From NCBI GenBank assembly GCA_002783105.1, contig PFJN01000068.1:1-49768 (forward strand): DNA of 49,768 nt, given 5' to 3'. The notes under the pieces were generated by a model. The model made no database searches. It was not told the origin of the DNA and saw only the letters and a list, made by a program, of their open reading frames with translations. The position numbers and the translations under genes are program-made. This stretch comes from Candidatus Pacebacteria bacterium CG_4_10_14_3_um_filter_34_15 (GTDB lineage Bacteria > Patescibacteriota > Microgenomatia > UBA1400 > PJMF01). Positions 7,745 through 16,862 of this stretch are shown piece after piece (within the stretch, counting starts at the first letter, position 1; each line of letters opens with the position of its first letter).

Positions 7745-8674
7745 ATGAATTTAATTTCATTCATATTTCCAAATAAAACAATAATTAATAACACAAAACT
7801 TGCTGTTATTGGATTACTAATATCAGCCATTGGTTATGCAGTTTTAGGAATAAACTCAAGACTTCTAAGTCAAGGATTTGAACCAATGACTCAAGTTTAT
7901 GTCAGAATTTTTATTGGTTTTTTATTGTCAGTTATTATATTTAGAAAAAAAATTAGATTTTCCAAAATAGAGAATATTTCCAAACATGACTTTATTTGGC
8001 TTTTAATTATGAGCGTAATTGGTTATTCAATTAGTGTATGGATGATAACTCTTGCTTCATTGAATGCTAAATTGGTAAATGTATCATCAATCTATTCAAC
8101 AATTCCGTTTATAGTGTATTTATATTCATACTTGCTTCTTAAAGAAAAAATTAAGTTAAAACTAATAATTTTTTTAATGATGGCATCGTATGGAGTTATT
8201 ACAATATCATCAAAATCTTTTATTCCTTCTTTTTCAGAGTTCGGAACAGGAGAACTCTTTGCAGTTTTGTCAGTAATTGCTGGAGGATGGTGGTCAATTG
8301 GGAGAAAAATGTTGTCTGATCAACTCAACAATCAAGAAATTACTTTATTAACCATGTTAATTGCCTCCATATTTGGAATGATCATTGCACAAATAAGGGG
8401 GGAAACTTTGAATTTACAATCATTTACTTTAACACCTGTATTAATAGGAATAATTATAGGCGCAATTTTAAATGTTGGCTTAACTTTTATAGAAAGTTTT
8501 TCATTTAAATACATCAGCGCTGTTATCGGTAATCAAATTTTGATGACAACGATTGTTTTTTCTCTGATACTTGGACTTATTATTTACCATGAAACTATTT
8601 CTTTTCCTGAGTTAGTAGGAATATTTATTATTGTTTCAAGCGTGCTTGGAGCAAATAAATTAATTAAAAACTAA
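7745..8674 (+). CDS. DMT/EamA-family transporter (putative)
   Basis: 309 aa with about 10 TM segments arranged as two EamA-like halves. TATAAT at 7731-7736 lies 8 nt before the ATG, with no SD. Confidence 0.55.
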   Translation: MNLISFIFPNKTIINNTKLAVIGLLISAIGYAVLGINSRLLSQGFEPMTQVYVRIFIGFLLSVIIFRKKIRFSKIENISKHDFIWLLIMSVIGYSISVWMITLASLNAKLVNVSSIYSTIPFIVYLYSYLLLKEKIKLKLIIFLMMASYGVITISSKSFIPSFSEFGTGELFAVLSVIAGGWWSIGRKMLSDQLNNQEITLLTMLIASIFGMIIAQIRGETLNLQSFTLTPVLIGIIIGAILNVGLTFIESFSFKYISAVIGNQILMTTIVFSLILGLIIYHETISFPELVGIFIIVSSVLGANKLIKN

Positions 8675-9201
8675 TTAACTTTTAAAATCATCCACTCACT
8701 TGCACCATTTGGAGTTTCGACCGTGACATTATCCCCAACTTTTTTTCTCATCACAGCTTTACCCATTGGGCTAGAATAAGCAATTTTTCCAATAGAAGGG
8801 TCAGATTCGTGTTCACTCACGATCATAAAGGTCTTGTTCTTTGTTTTACCTTTAATCTCAGATTTTCCGTTATCTACAGTTTCGTTTAAGGATTCAATTT
8901 TTTCAATTGTAACCTCACTTCCAAAATCAACTAATCCTTTTGGACCAGTATTTTTTGGAGCAGGAAATCCTTTTTCTAGCAATCCATTAAATCTTTTTAA
9001 TTGTCTACCTATGTTTCCCAACTCAAACTTAGCATATTTATAAGCACCATTCTCCGATAAATCTCCCATACCTCTGGCAGTAATAAGTCGTTGCATCACT
9101 TCTTCACGCAACTTCTCAAGCTCGACTACCTTTATTTGCATCTCTTTATATTTTTTTGGAGTAAACGGAATAGTTTTAAACATTAAGGTTTCCAACATCA
9201 T
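8671..9201 (-). CDS. GreA/GreB-family transcript cleavage factor paralogue with an insertion in the C-terminal domain
   Basis: N-terminal coiled coil with the tip motif GDLSENGAY. The C-terminal globular domain (SPMGKAVMRKKVGDNVTVETPNG) is interrupted by a roughly 35-aa Lys/Glu-rich insert. The start could also be one of the internal Met codons near 9183-9198. Confidence 0.8.
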   Translation of the reverse strand: MMLETLMFKTIPFTPKKYKEMQIKVVELEKLREEVMQRLITARGMGDLSENGAYKYAKFELGNIGRQLKRFNGLLEKGFPAPKNTGPKGLVDFGSEVTIEKIESLNETVDNGKSEIKGKTKNKTFMIVSEHESDPSIGKIAYSSPMGKAVMRKKVGDNVTVETPNGASEWMILKVN

Positions 9202-9242
9202 ACTAGTTTTCGTATAAAAAATTCTGTACTATTATATAGTAT

Positions 9243-9779
9243 ATGGAAACCAAAACAGTAGCTATTAGCTCTACAAATACCTTTGCAACAACTAGTTTAT
9301 TTTATGTGGCGATTTTCGCTTTACCAATGATTACTCACGGCCCACAGCTGGTGGTTGGCACAGCAGTAAACATGATGCTTTTCTTAGGTGCAAAAAATTT
9401 AACAACCAAAGAACTACTTCCTTTGGCGATTTTGCCAAGCTTAGGCGCATTGGCAAATGGTGTTTTATTTGGCTCGCTCACAATGCTCTTAGTTTATTTT
9501 GCCCCAGCTATTTGGATTAGCAATTATCTCTTAATGATTGCCTATAAAAAAACTAAATCTCTACCTTCAACGATTAGCGTTGTAGTTGCTAGCATTGTAA
9601 AAGCAACTCTATTATTTTTGGTAGCTCTAACTTTATTCAAGGCAAACGTTGTGCCAGAAATTTTTCTCACTGCTATGGGTTCAGTTCAGTTAACTACTGC
9701 TCTAGCTGGAGGTTTAATTGCTTTAGCAATAAATAAATCTGGAATAATCAATAATGTCAGAAAATCAAAAAATAAGTGA
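9243..9779 (+). CDS. small polytopic membrane protein, function unknown
   Basis: 178 aa with about 5-6 TM segments. Its 3' end overlaps the next ORF by 26 nt. Confidence 0.6.
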   Translation: METKTVAISSTNTFATTSLFYVAIFALPMITHGPQLVVGTAVNMMLFLGAKNLTTKELLPLAILPSLGALANGVLFGSLTMLLVYFAPAIWISNYLLMIAYKKTKSLPSTISVVVASIVKATLLFLVALTLFKANVVPEIFLTAMGSVQLTTALAGGLIALAINKSGIINNVRKSKNK

Positions 9780-10617
9780 ACCAGAAATTCTAATAGAGTT
9801 GCTTGAAAAAGAGCAACCTGTAGTAGCGATGCTCGCGCCATCGTTTCCAATCGTTTACCAATACCCAAATATTGCAGGAAAACTAAAAAGGCTTGGCTTC
9901 GCATATGTGGTCGAAGTTTCAGCGGGAGCAAAAAATACAAATTCAGCTGCTGTTGAGATCTTAACCAAGGATCCAAAGGCAAGAATTATTACTAGTCCCT
10001 GTGCTAGTTTTGTAAGAATGATTCGCACAAAGCATCCTCATCTGATCAAATATTTAGGCTTTGCGGCAAATTCTCCAATGGTGGCAACTGCTAGAATTGT
10101 TAAAGAGAAATATCCTGGCCACCGAGCAATTTTTATTGGCCCCTGTAATGCCAAAAAACTTGAGGCTAATGAAGATTATCCAGAACTAGAAATAGTATCA
10201 GTAACATATAAACAAATGAAAGATGTTTTTGCTCATTTTCAAATTAAGGACGAGCCTAGTGACAAGAATGCTAAATTTGATATTGAAGAAACAAATACTC
10301 GGCTTTATCCAATATCAGGAGGCTTAGCTCAAAGCAGCCTAGTTAAAGATTTATTAGCAGATGATGAGGTTGAAGTCGTCTCTGGTTGGCAAAACTGCGA
10401 AGAAGCACTAAAAAGATTTGAAACAAATGACAGAATCCGACTGTTAGACATTCTTTTCTGTGATGGAGGATGTATTAATGGTCCAGGAATTGAAAGTCCT
10501 CTTAATACCGACCAACGCCGTGAAAAAATCATTGATTTTTGGAAAAAAGGTGCTGAGCTACCATTCTTCTCCGCCATCAAAAAAATGCTGTCCGGACTCC
10601 ACAAATCTAAGATATAA
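9754..10617 (+). CDS. [FeFe]-hydrogenase large-subunit C-terminal (H-domain)-like protein, minimal form
   Basis: Collinear matches to the H-cluster motifs: TSPCASF (L1, TSCCP in enzymes), IGPCNAKKLEA (L2) and ILFCDGGCINGPG (L3). The N-terminal ferredoxin-like domains are absent. Confidence 0.75.
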   Translation: MSENQKISEPEILIELLEKEQPVVAMLAPSFPIVYQYPNIAGKLKRLGFAYVVEVSAGAKNTNSAAVEILTKDPKARIITSPCASFVRMIRTKHPHLIKYLGFAANSPMVATARIVKEKYPGHRAIFIGPCNAKKLEANEDYPELEIVSVTYKQMKDVFAHFQIKDEPSDKNAKFDIEETNTRLYPISGGLAQSSLVKDLLADDEVEVVSGWQNCEEALKRFETNDRIRLLDILFCDGGCINGPGIESPLNTDQRREKIIDFWKKGAELPFFSAIKKMLSGLHKSKI

Positions 10618-10683
10618 TTAAAATCTGTCACGGAGGCTTTTGATTAAAATAACTTCAATAATCCAAACCAAACCCTTAAACCT

Positions 10684-12255
10684 ATGATTAAAAATCTTGA
10701 TTTAGATTCTCAATTTATAGCAGTACTGAATAAACTTGAAACGTCAGAAAGCCATATTTTTCTTACTGGTAACGCTGGAACTGGAAAATCAACTCTACTT
10801 GAATATTGGCGAGATCACACTAAACAGAATATTGCTGTATTGGCCCCAACTGGAGTCGCAGCTTTAAATGTAAAGGGACAAACCATTCACTCTTTTTTTG
10901 GATTTAGACCTGACATTACTGTTCAAAAGATTCAAAGATTCTATCGAAATAGAGGCAAGAAGGGCTTATTTAAAAAAATAGACACTATTGTAATTGATGA
11001 GATCTCGATGGTCAGAGCTGACTTGCTTGATTGCATCGATACTTTTTTGAGACTTCATGGTAAAAATCATAATCTGCCTTTTGGCGGCGTCAAAATGATT
11101 TTTATTGGCGATCTTCATCAGTTGCCACCGATTGTGATGGATTCAGAAAAAGAAATATTTTCAAACTTTTATAAAACCCCATACTTTTTTTCGGCAAATG
11201 TTTTTGATGGTCTAGACTTTGAGTTCATTGAACTCAAGAAAATTTATCGTCAGACCGACAGAGAGTTCATTGAAATCTTAGATTCAATTAGAAACAATAA
11301 TATTAATAATGATCAATTAACTCTTTTAAATTCCAGAGTTGATGAGCAATTTGAAACACCATCAAATAAGTTTTTTATTACGTTGACAACTACCAATAAA
11401 AAGACCCAAATTATCAATGAATATCACTTAGGAAAAATATTTAACGAACGATTTATTTACGAAGGGCAGGGTAGTGGAAAATTTGATGTTAAAACACTAC
11501 CTACTATTGGGAAACTTGAAATTAAACCAGGTGCTCAAATCATGATGGTTGCGAATGACCGAGAAGGTAGATGGGTCAATGGCTCGTTGGGAAAAATCAT
11601 TAAGATTGAAACAAATAAAAAAGGTGGTGCCGATCTCATCATTGTCGAACTTGAAGACGGTCAAGAAGTCGTGGTTACACCGTACACATGGGAAATGTTT
11701 AGAGTTGAGTACAATCCGGCCACTGACAAACTCAATACCGAAAGTGTTGGCTCATACAAACAGTATCCACTCACACTTGCTTGGGCAATTACAATTCACA
11801 AGAGTCAGGGGAAAACTTTTGATAATGTCATTATTGATTTCGGCTGGGGAACTTTTGCACATGGCCAAGCGTATGTTGCACTCTCCCGTTGCACGAATCT
11901 AAAAGGTATTGTGCTTGCCAAACCTTTTGAAAAAGCTCATATCATTACAGACGAACAAGTAAAAAAGTTCCTTTCAACTTTTAAATATCTGGCTGATCCT
12001 GGGTCAAACTCTAGCGTTGATCTTGAAACTAAAAACGAAGCTTTAATTGAAATAATTAATAAGGCAATTAACAACAAAAACCTGTTAAAATTCATTGATG
12101 GCAATAATGCACTAAGAACTGTCTCTCCAGAAGTTATTTTGATTGGCAAGACCAATAATAAGCAACTCAAAGCTCACTGCTTTACTACAAATAAAATTGA
12201 AATATTTGATTTATCAGAAATTAGTAATCTAAAAGAATTAAGTGGTGTTTCATAA
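10684..12255 (+). CDS. Pif1/RecD-like SF1B DNA helicase with an uncharacterised C-terminal extension
   Basis: Walker A GNAGTGKST, VIDEISMV, GDLHQLPPI and AWAITIHKSQGKTFDNV, followed by roughly 90 aa with no recognised motif. Confidence 0.85.
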   Translation: MIKNLDLDSQFIAVLNKLETSESHIFLTGNAGTGKSTLLEYWRDHTKQNIAVLAPTGVAALNVKGQTIHSFFGFRPDITVQKIQRFYRNRGKKGLFKKIDTIVIDEISMVRADLLDCIDTFLRLHGKNHNLPFGGVKMIFIGDLHQLPPIVMDSEKEIFSNFYKTPYFFSANVFDGLDFEFIELKKIYRQTDREFIEILDSIRNNNINNDQLTLLNSRVDEQFETPSNKFFITLTTTNKKTQIINEYHLGKIFNERFIYEGQGSGKFDVKTLPTIGKLEIKPGAQIMMVANDREGRWVNGSLGKIIKIETNKKGGADLIIVELEDGQEVVVTPYTWEMFRVEYNPATDKLNTESVGSYKQYPLTLAWAITIHKSQGKTFDNVIIDFGWGTFAHGQAYVALSRCTNLKGIVLAKPFEKAHIITDEQVKKFLSTFKYLADPGSNSSVDLETKNEALIEIINKAINNKNLLKFIDGNNALRTVSPEVILIGKTNNKQLKAHCFTTNKIEIFDLSEISNLKELSGVS

Positions 12256-12312
12256 TTTTTTTATAAACCAATCACACCTTGTCATGAAGCAAACAAAAGT
12301 TTATAAAGAAGT

Positions 12313-12630
12313 ATGGCAAAAACAAAAACTCCAAAATACTTAGACGAAGCATTTGAAGAAATTTGCGCTGAACTACTTGCTACATTCCTAAAAAAGCACA
12401 AAGATTATGGCAAAGGCAATATTCTTTCGATAAAAGAGTTGGGAATGTCCTTTAGAATCAGTGAAAAAGGCGAGAGACTTAAAAATCTTCTAATGACAAA
12501 TGGCGAACCAGAAAATGAATCCTTGAATGATACTTGGACGGACATTGCGGTTTACTCGATTATCGGATTACTTTATCGAAGAGGCTGGTTTGAGAAATTG
12601 GATGTTAATCCAGATTTAAAAGACAAATAA
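12313..12630 (+). CDS. DUF1599 (Nmad1)-like small helical protein
   Basis: Pattern KKHKDYGKGN...RISEKGERLKNL...DTWTDIAVYSIIGLL matches my recollection of the DUF1599 family. TATAAA at 12302-12307 lies 5 nt before the ATG. Confidence 0.5.
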   Translation: MAKTKTPKYLDEAFEEICAELLATFLKKHKDYGKGNILSIKELGMSFRISEKGERLKNLLMTNGEPENESLNDTWTDIAVYSIIGLLYRRGWFEKLDVNPDLKDK

Positions 12631-12669
12631 ATTTCGTCGTTTGCTAACTGCAGTTTGCCGTTTTATTTA

Positions 12670-13602
12670 TCAAGCCAATTCTTTCAAAGCAATTTTCAAA
12701 GCTCCAAATACTGGGTTATTTACCGGAAGAACTAAGTTTAAATTTTCGTATTTTTCTTTTAGTAGCCATGAAACTTTCTCTTGCATATAAGGCAACATAA
12801 TAATCGAACCAGAAAAAACACAGTCAAATAATTTACTATTTAAATTTAATTTGTCTACAACTGCAGAAACCATAATTATTATTTCATTAACTGTTTTTTC
12901 AAATATATCTGTTGCTGCTCTATCACCTTGCGTATATGCTTGAGAACAAAGATATGCCAAATTTGCAATTTCAATTTTGCTTAACAATGGATTGTAAACC
13001 TCTTTTTTTAATTCAGAGATTGAGGAAATTTTAAAATAATTTGCTACTAAATTTTCGAGAGAGCTTTTATCAGATCTGCCGTCATAACTTTTAACAGCCT
13101 CTCTGAGAACTCTTCTTCCAATAGCATATCCTGAGCCCTGATCAGTTAACAAAAAGTCCATGCCTGAGGTTTTAGCAGTTTCTCCAGTTTCGTTTCTACC
13201 AAAACAATTAGAGCCTGTTCCAGAAATCAAGATAACAGCATTGGGATTATTTGATCCATTTTCCAAAGCAATTAGACTGTCATTTAAAAGTATAAATTTC
13301 TTAATATTGTAATGATGCAAAGATTCAGAAAATATTTTATAAGCTTCTTCGTATTCTGATTCAGAATCAAGTCCTGCTAAACCCATAACTAGAACTGAAA
13401 ACTCGTTCTCGTCGTCAACGGGCAAGTTTTCAATGGCTTGTCTGATAGCTTCGATTAAATTAAAACTAGCAGCCCCTACAGAAGTTGTGGTTATATTAGT
13501 CGGACCAGCTATAGCTTGGCCAATGACCACTCCAGTTGCATCGGCACAAATTGCCTCAGTCTTTGTTCCACCACCATCTACTGCTAAAATATATTTATTC
13601 AT
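12670..13602 (-). CDS. BadF/BadG/BcrA/BcrD-type ATPase, N-acetylglucosamine/glucose kinase-like
   Basis: N-terminal LAVDGGGTKT, plus GTGSNCFG and DQGSGYAIG motifs of the ASKHA sugar-kinase fold. It is the last gene of the minus-strand glucan operon. Confidence 0.8.
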   Translation of the reverse strand: MNKYILAVDGGGTKTEAICADATGVVIGQAIAGPTNITTTSVGAASFNLIEAIRQAIENLPVDDENEFSVLVMGLAGLDSESEYEEAYKIFSESLHHYNIKKFILLNDSLIALENGSNNPNAVILISGTGSNCFGRNETGETAKTSGMDFLLTDQGSGYAIGRRVLREAVKSYDGRSDKSSLENLVANYFKISSISELKKEVYNPLLSKIEIANLAYLCSQAYTQGDRAATDIFEKTVNEIIIMVSAVVDKLNLNSKLFDCVFSGSIIMLPYMQEKVSWLLKEKYENLNLVLPVNNPVFGALKIALKELA

Positions 13603-13635
13603 ATTAATTCAATTAATATTTGTTTATAGCTACAT

Positions 13636-15645
13636 CTACAACTGATGAAAAGGAGAGGTTACATCCTTACTTCCAGTTTCTAGATCAGTTTTCTTTTTTA
13701 AATAAAGTAAGACGGTTTCAATGTATACTGCATGGCTCCAAACTAAAGGTGTTGCTGATAGAGAAGACCCATCATAAGGATTTATCTGCTCAGCAAATAT
13801 TCCTGAAATGTATTGATGGGATAAAACCCAAGAAATTACATTTTCAACCTCTGTTAAATCCTCGGCTGTAAAATTATCTTTGTATAAAGTTCTTTGTGCT
13901 TCCCAAAGAGTAGTGATAAACCAAGGATTGGATTTATCGGTTGATTTAAAATAATTATCGTTCTCATATCTAATAAATCCACCAACCGCTGTTGGATTTT
14001 TTAATTTACTCACCATCTGTTCATGCGAACTAACAAACAACGGATCATTTTGATCTAACATTCCAAAATACCATAAACCAAAAACAGAACTCGAGTCGAT
14101 AGTCTCGTTGTGAATAATTTTGCCGTCAACTAAATTTGCAATTCTCACGAATGATTTGATTTTGTCACTGTATAAATATTTGATTGTAGCTTCTTTTATT
14201 TCCTTGGCCGCTTTTTTATACTCACGCATGTGATTTCTCTTGTCTAAGAGTTCTGAAAATTTTGCCGCCGCAATTAAACCGCCATAAACTGAGGCACAAG
14301 TGTAAGTTGAAATACCAATTTTTTCTTCCCATAAATCATATGATGGTAATGGTAAACCCGTATCCTTATCTCTGAAATTCAACAAAAATAGAGCAATTTT
14401 CTCTACCAATGGTTTGTATAATGATTCTATAAACTCCAAATCTTTTGTGTTTTCATAATGATTCCAAAGTGCAAAAATCACACTTGCACTTTCATCCTCC
14501 TGGATTGGAAGTTGTAAAATTTTATCTTTCAGCCATTCTTTTTGAGAAATTGCGGAATGCCAAGTTGAACCAAGGGCTTGATCAGGACGATAACGGTGAT
14601 GCAAATAACCATCTTCGTGTAAAACATCATTGCAGAATAAAAAGAATTTCTTTGTAATTTCGCTGAAACCTACTTTATCCAATGCCGAAACAATAAAGGC
14701 CGCATCTCTAGGCCACATATAACTATAATCATCCTTGCCATACTCAATCATCTTACTATCAGCCGAAGCGATCACGCCTCCATTATTATCAAAGTGAGAT
14801 CTCAAAATAAATAATGAGGTATCAAACATTTTCTTTTGATCCTTAGCAAGGCGAGAAACATCAAAATCTCTAGTTGTCAACCAAGCGCTCCAATAACTCT
14901 CCGTAGAATGAAACATTCCCTCAGGAGTTTTTTTCATTACCATCTCATTCAGTTTGTAAGCTTCTTCCAGTGTTTTTGCTGCACATATCCAGTAATGAAT
15001 TCTGGTTTTTTCCTTTCCTTCACATGACGCACAAAATCTAATTGTTGAGTCAACCGAGCCATGCTCAACTGCATTCTTACTCAAAAATCCATCTTCAGCA
15101 TCTTTGTAAGAGCCTTCTTTGCCTTCAAATTGATAGGCTCCAACAGTGTAGTCATCAATCGAAGTGCCATTTTCAGTTCTACCATTAACTATAAAAACTC
15201 TTCTACCTTTATAGTGAACAATCGCATTATGGGTTGGATCATAAAACGCAGTGTTTCTCTTTTTGGTTTCGCTAATATGAAAAATTTGATGGAAAAAAAC
15301 TTTAACATCGATGTGCTCGTTCGATTGATTATAAACATCAAGCTGTCTTAGAAAAACATTTGATTCGTTATAAACAATGTCTTCCATCACCAATGAAACA
15401 TTTAATTTTTCACTTTTGCAAACTAAGTATCCAACCATCGTTCCTGGTTTATAGCCAATGGAAATATCCCAACTACCATCATTGATCCAAGAGAAAACTC
15501 CATTAACCATTATTCCGATTCTATGTCTATGTCCAGCTACATGATTTTCTAAACCTACATACGGAAAGTAAAAATCACGCACATAACCAAATCTGTCTAA
15601 GCAGACAAGCATTGAGCCATTGCCTAATGTAAGTGCTCTTGCCAT
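13636..15645 (-). CDS. glycoside hydrolase family 15 (glucoamylase/glucodextranase-like)
   Basis: DDYSYMWPRDAAF motif in a 669-aa protein with an N-terminal beta-rich domain and an (alpha/alpha)6-type C-terminal half. The start codon directly abuts the GH57 stop. Confidence 0.85.
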   Translation of the reverse strand: MARALTLGNGSMLVCLDRFGYVRDFYFPYVGLENHVAGHRHRIGIMVNGVFSWINDGSWDISIGYKPGTMVGYLVCKSEKLNVSLVMEDIVYNESNVFLRQLDVYNQSNEHIDVKVFFHQIFHISETKKRNTAFYDPTHNAIVHYKGRRVFIVNGRTENGTSIDDYTVGAYQFEGKEGSYKDAEDGFLSKNAVEHGSVDSTIRFCASCEGKEKTRIHYWICAAKTLEEAYKLNEMVMKKTPEGMFHSTESYWSAWLTTRDFDVSRLAKDQKKMFDTSLFILRSHFDNNGGVIASADSKMIEYGKDDYSYMWPRDAAFIVSALDKVGFSEITKKFFLFCNDVLHEDGYLHHRYRPDQALGSTWHSAISQKEWLKDKILQLPIQEDESASVIFALWNHYENTKDLEFIESLYKPLVEKIALFLLNFRDKDTGLPLPSYDLWEEKIGISTYTCASVYGGLIAAAKFSELLDKRNHMREYKKAAKEIKEATIKYLYSDKIKSFVRIANLVDGKIIHNETIDSSSVFGLWYFGMLDQNDPLFVSSHEQMVSKLKNPTAVGGFIRYENDNYFKSTDKSNPWFITTLWEAQRTLYKDNFTAEDLTEVENVISWVLSHQYISGIFAEQINPYDGSSLSATPLVWSHAVYIETVLLYLKKKTDLETGSKDVTSPFHQL

Positions 15646-16848
15646 TTAGATCATCCTTTCTCGTAAATCTGCTAAAACAATTGAGTATCTTGAGTATGCT
15701 TCATAAGGTGATTTGTATGGACTAAAATAAGCGTGAACGTCTCCATCCTCAAACCACTTGATGCACATGTAATAAAAATGATCGCTAGTTTGCAGTCGTC
15801 GCCAATCACGAATTATTTCTTGATTTTTAGTTTCAAGAACTTCTTTTTCAAGATCATAAATTAATCGCAAAGTATCATATTGAAAATCATTGTCTCTCCA
15901 AGCAGTTAAGTCTCTATCAACATCGGCCCAAGAAATTGGTTCTGGAACATCGTAGACTGGTAATGAGTCTCTATCTATAGTTGAATTTTGATATCGCTTA
16001 AAAATTTCAGTAGGCGTCACAAACTCAGTTGAGTTGTTATTCAACGACTGCTTAACAAAATGGGCGAAAAACTCAAAAATGCCCGTATCTTTCCATTGAT
16101 GTTCTCCGAAAGTCTCAAAATCCATAAATAGATTAATGTAATCGTTCTCACTGTACGATCCGAACCAGTCCAGATATTTTTCAACAGTAAGCGGATACAT
16201 CTTCCAGTGAGTATCAGAAAATCTGAAAGCTATATCATCAGATAATTGTGCGTGTTTTAACATTAAGGGAATTTTGTTGACAGTTTTTCCAGCAAAAATT
16301 TGAGTTCTTGGTCGATTATCTAGATATCTATCAACAGCCTCTGTCAGTGTTCCAAGATATCCCAGATTTTCTACTAGTTGAGCGATGTCATTAGAATAAA
16401 TTAATTCAGTGTTTCTAAAAACTCTTGGCAAGACGCCAAATATTTCCTTAACTAGTTTTTCATGTTCTTTTAGTTGAACTTCGAATTCAGACTTTGAATA
16501 AAGAGCAGCGAGAGAGTGGTGATAGGTTTCCGCCAAAACTTCGACTTGTCCAGATTTAACCAAACTTTTTAACAAGTCAATAACAATAGGGGAATAATGT
16601 AATGCCTGTTCCAAAAATATTCCCGAAGCGGAAAAGGTAAACTTAAAATCTGGATATTCGTACACTAACTTTTTTAGTAAGTTAAGCATAGGAACATAGG
16701 ATTTGTTGGCAACTTTTTGAAAAACTACCCTATTAATTTCGTCGCCACGATCTTCAAAATAACCAATGTTATTTCCAATATCAAAAACATTAATATCTTC
16801 TAATCGATATGGCTGATGAAGCTCAAAATAAAGGCAGACTTTTGGCAT
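15646..16848 (-). CDS. glycoside hydrolase family 57 (alpha-amylase/alpha-glucanotransferase-like)
   Basis: N-terminal CLYFELHQPYRL and the later FMDFETFGEH region are typical of GH57. Confidence 0.8.
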   Translation of the reverse strand: MPKVCLYFELHQPYRLEDINVFDIGNNIGYFEDRGDEINRVVFQKVANKSYVPMLNLLKKLVYEYPDFKFTFSASGIFLEQALHYSPIVIDLLKSLVKSGQVEVLAETYHHSLAALYSKSEFEVQLKEHEKLVKEIFGVLPRVFRNTELIYSNDIAQLVENLGYLGTLTEAVDRYLDNRPRTQIFAGKTVNKIPLMLKHAQLSDDIAFRFSDTHWKMYPLTVEKYLDWFGSYSENDYINLFMDFETFGEHQWKDTGIFEFFAHFVKQSLNNNSTEFVTPTEIFKRYQNSTIDRDSLPVYDVPEPISWADVDRDLTAWRDNDFQYDTLRLIYDLEKEVLETKNQEIIRDWRRLQTSDHFYYMCIKWFEDGDVHAYFSPYKSPYEAYSRYSIVLADLRERMI

Positions 16849-16862
16849 AAATTAAAACTATC

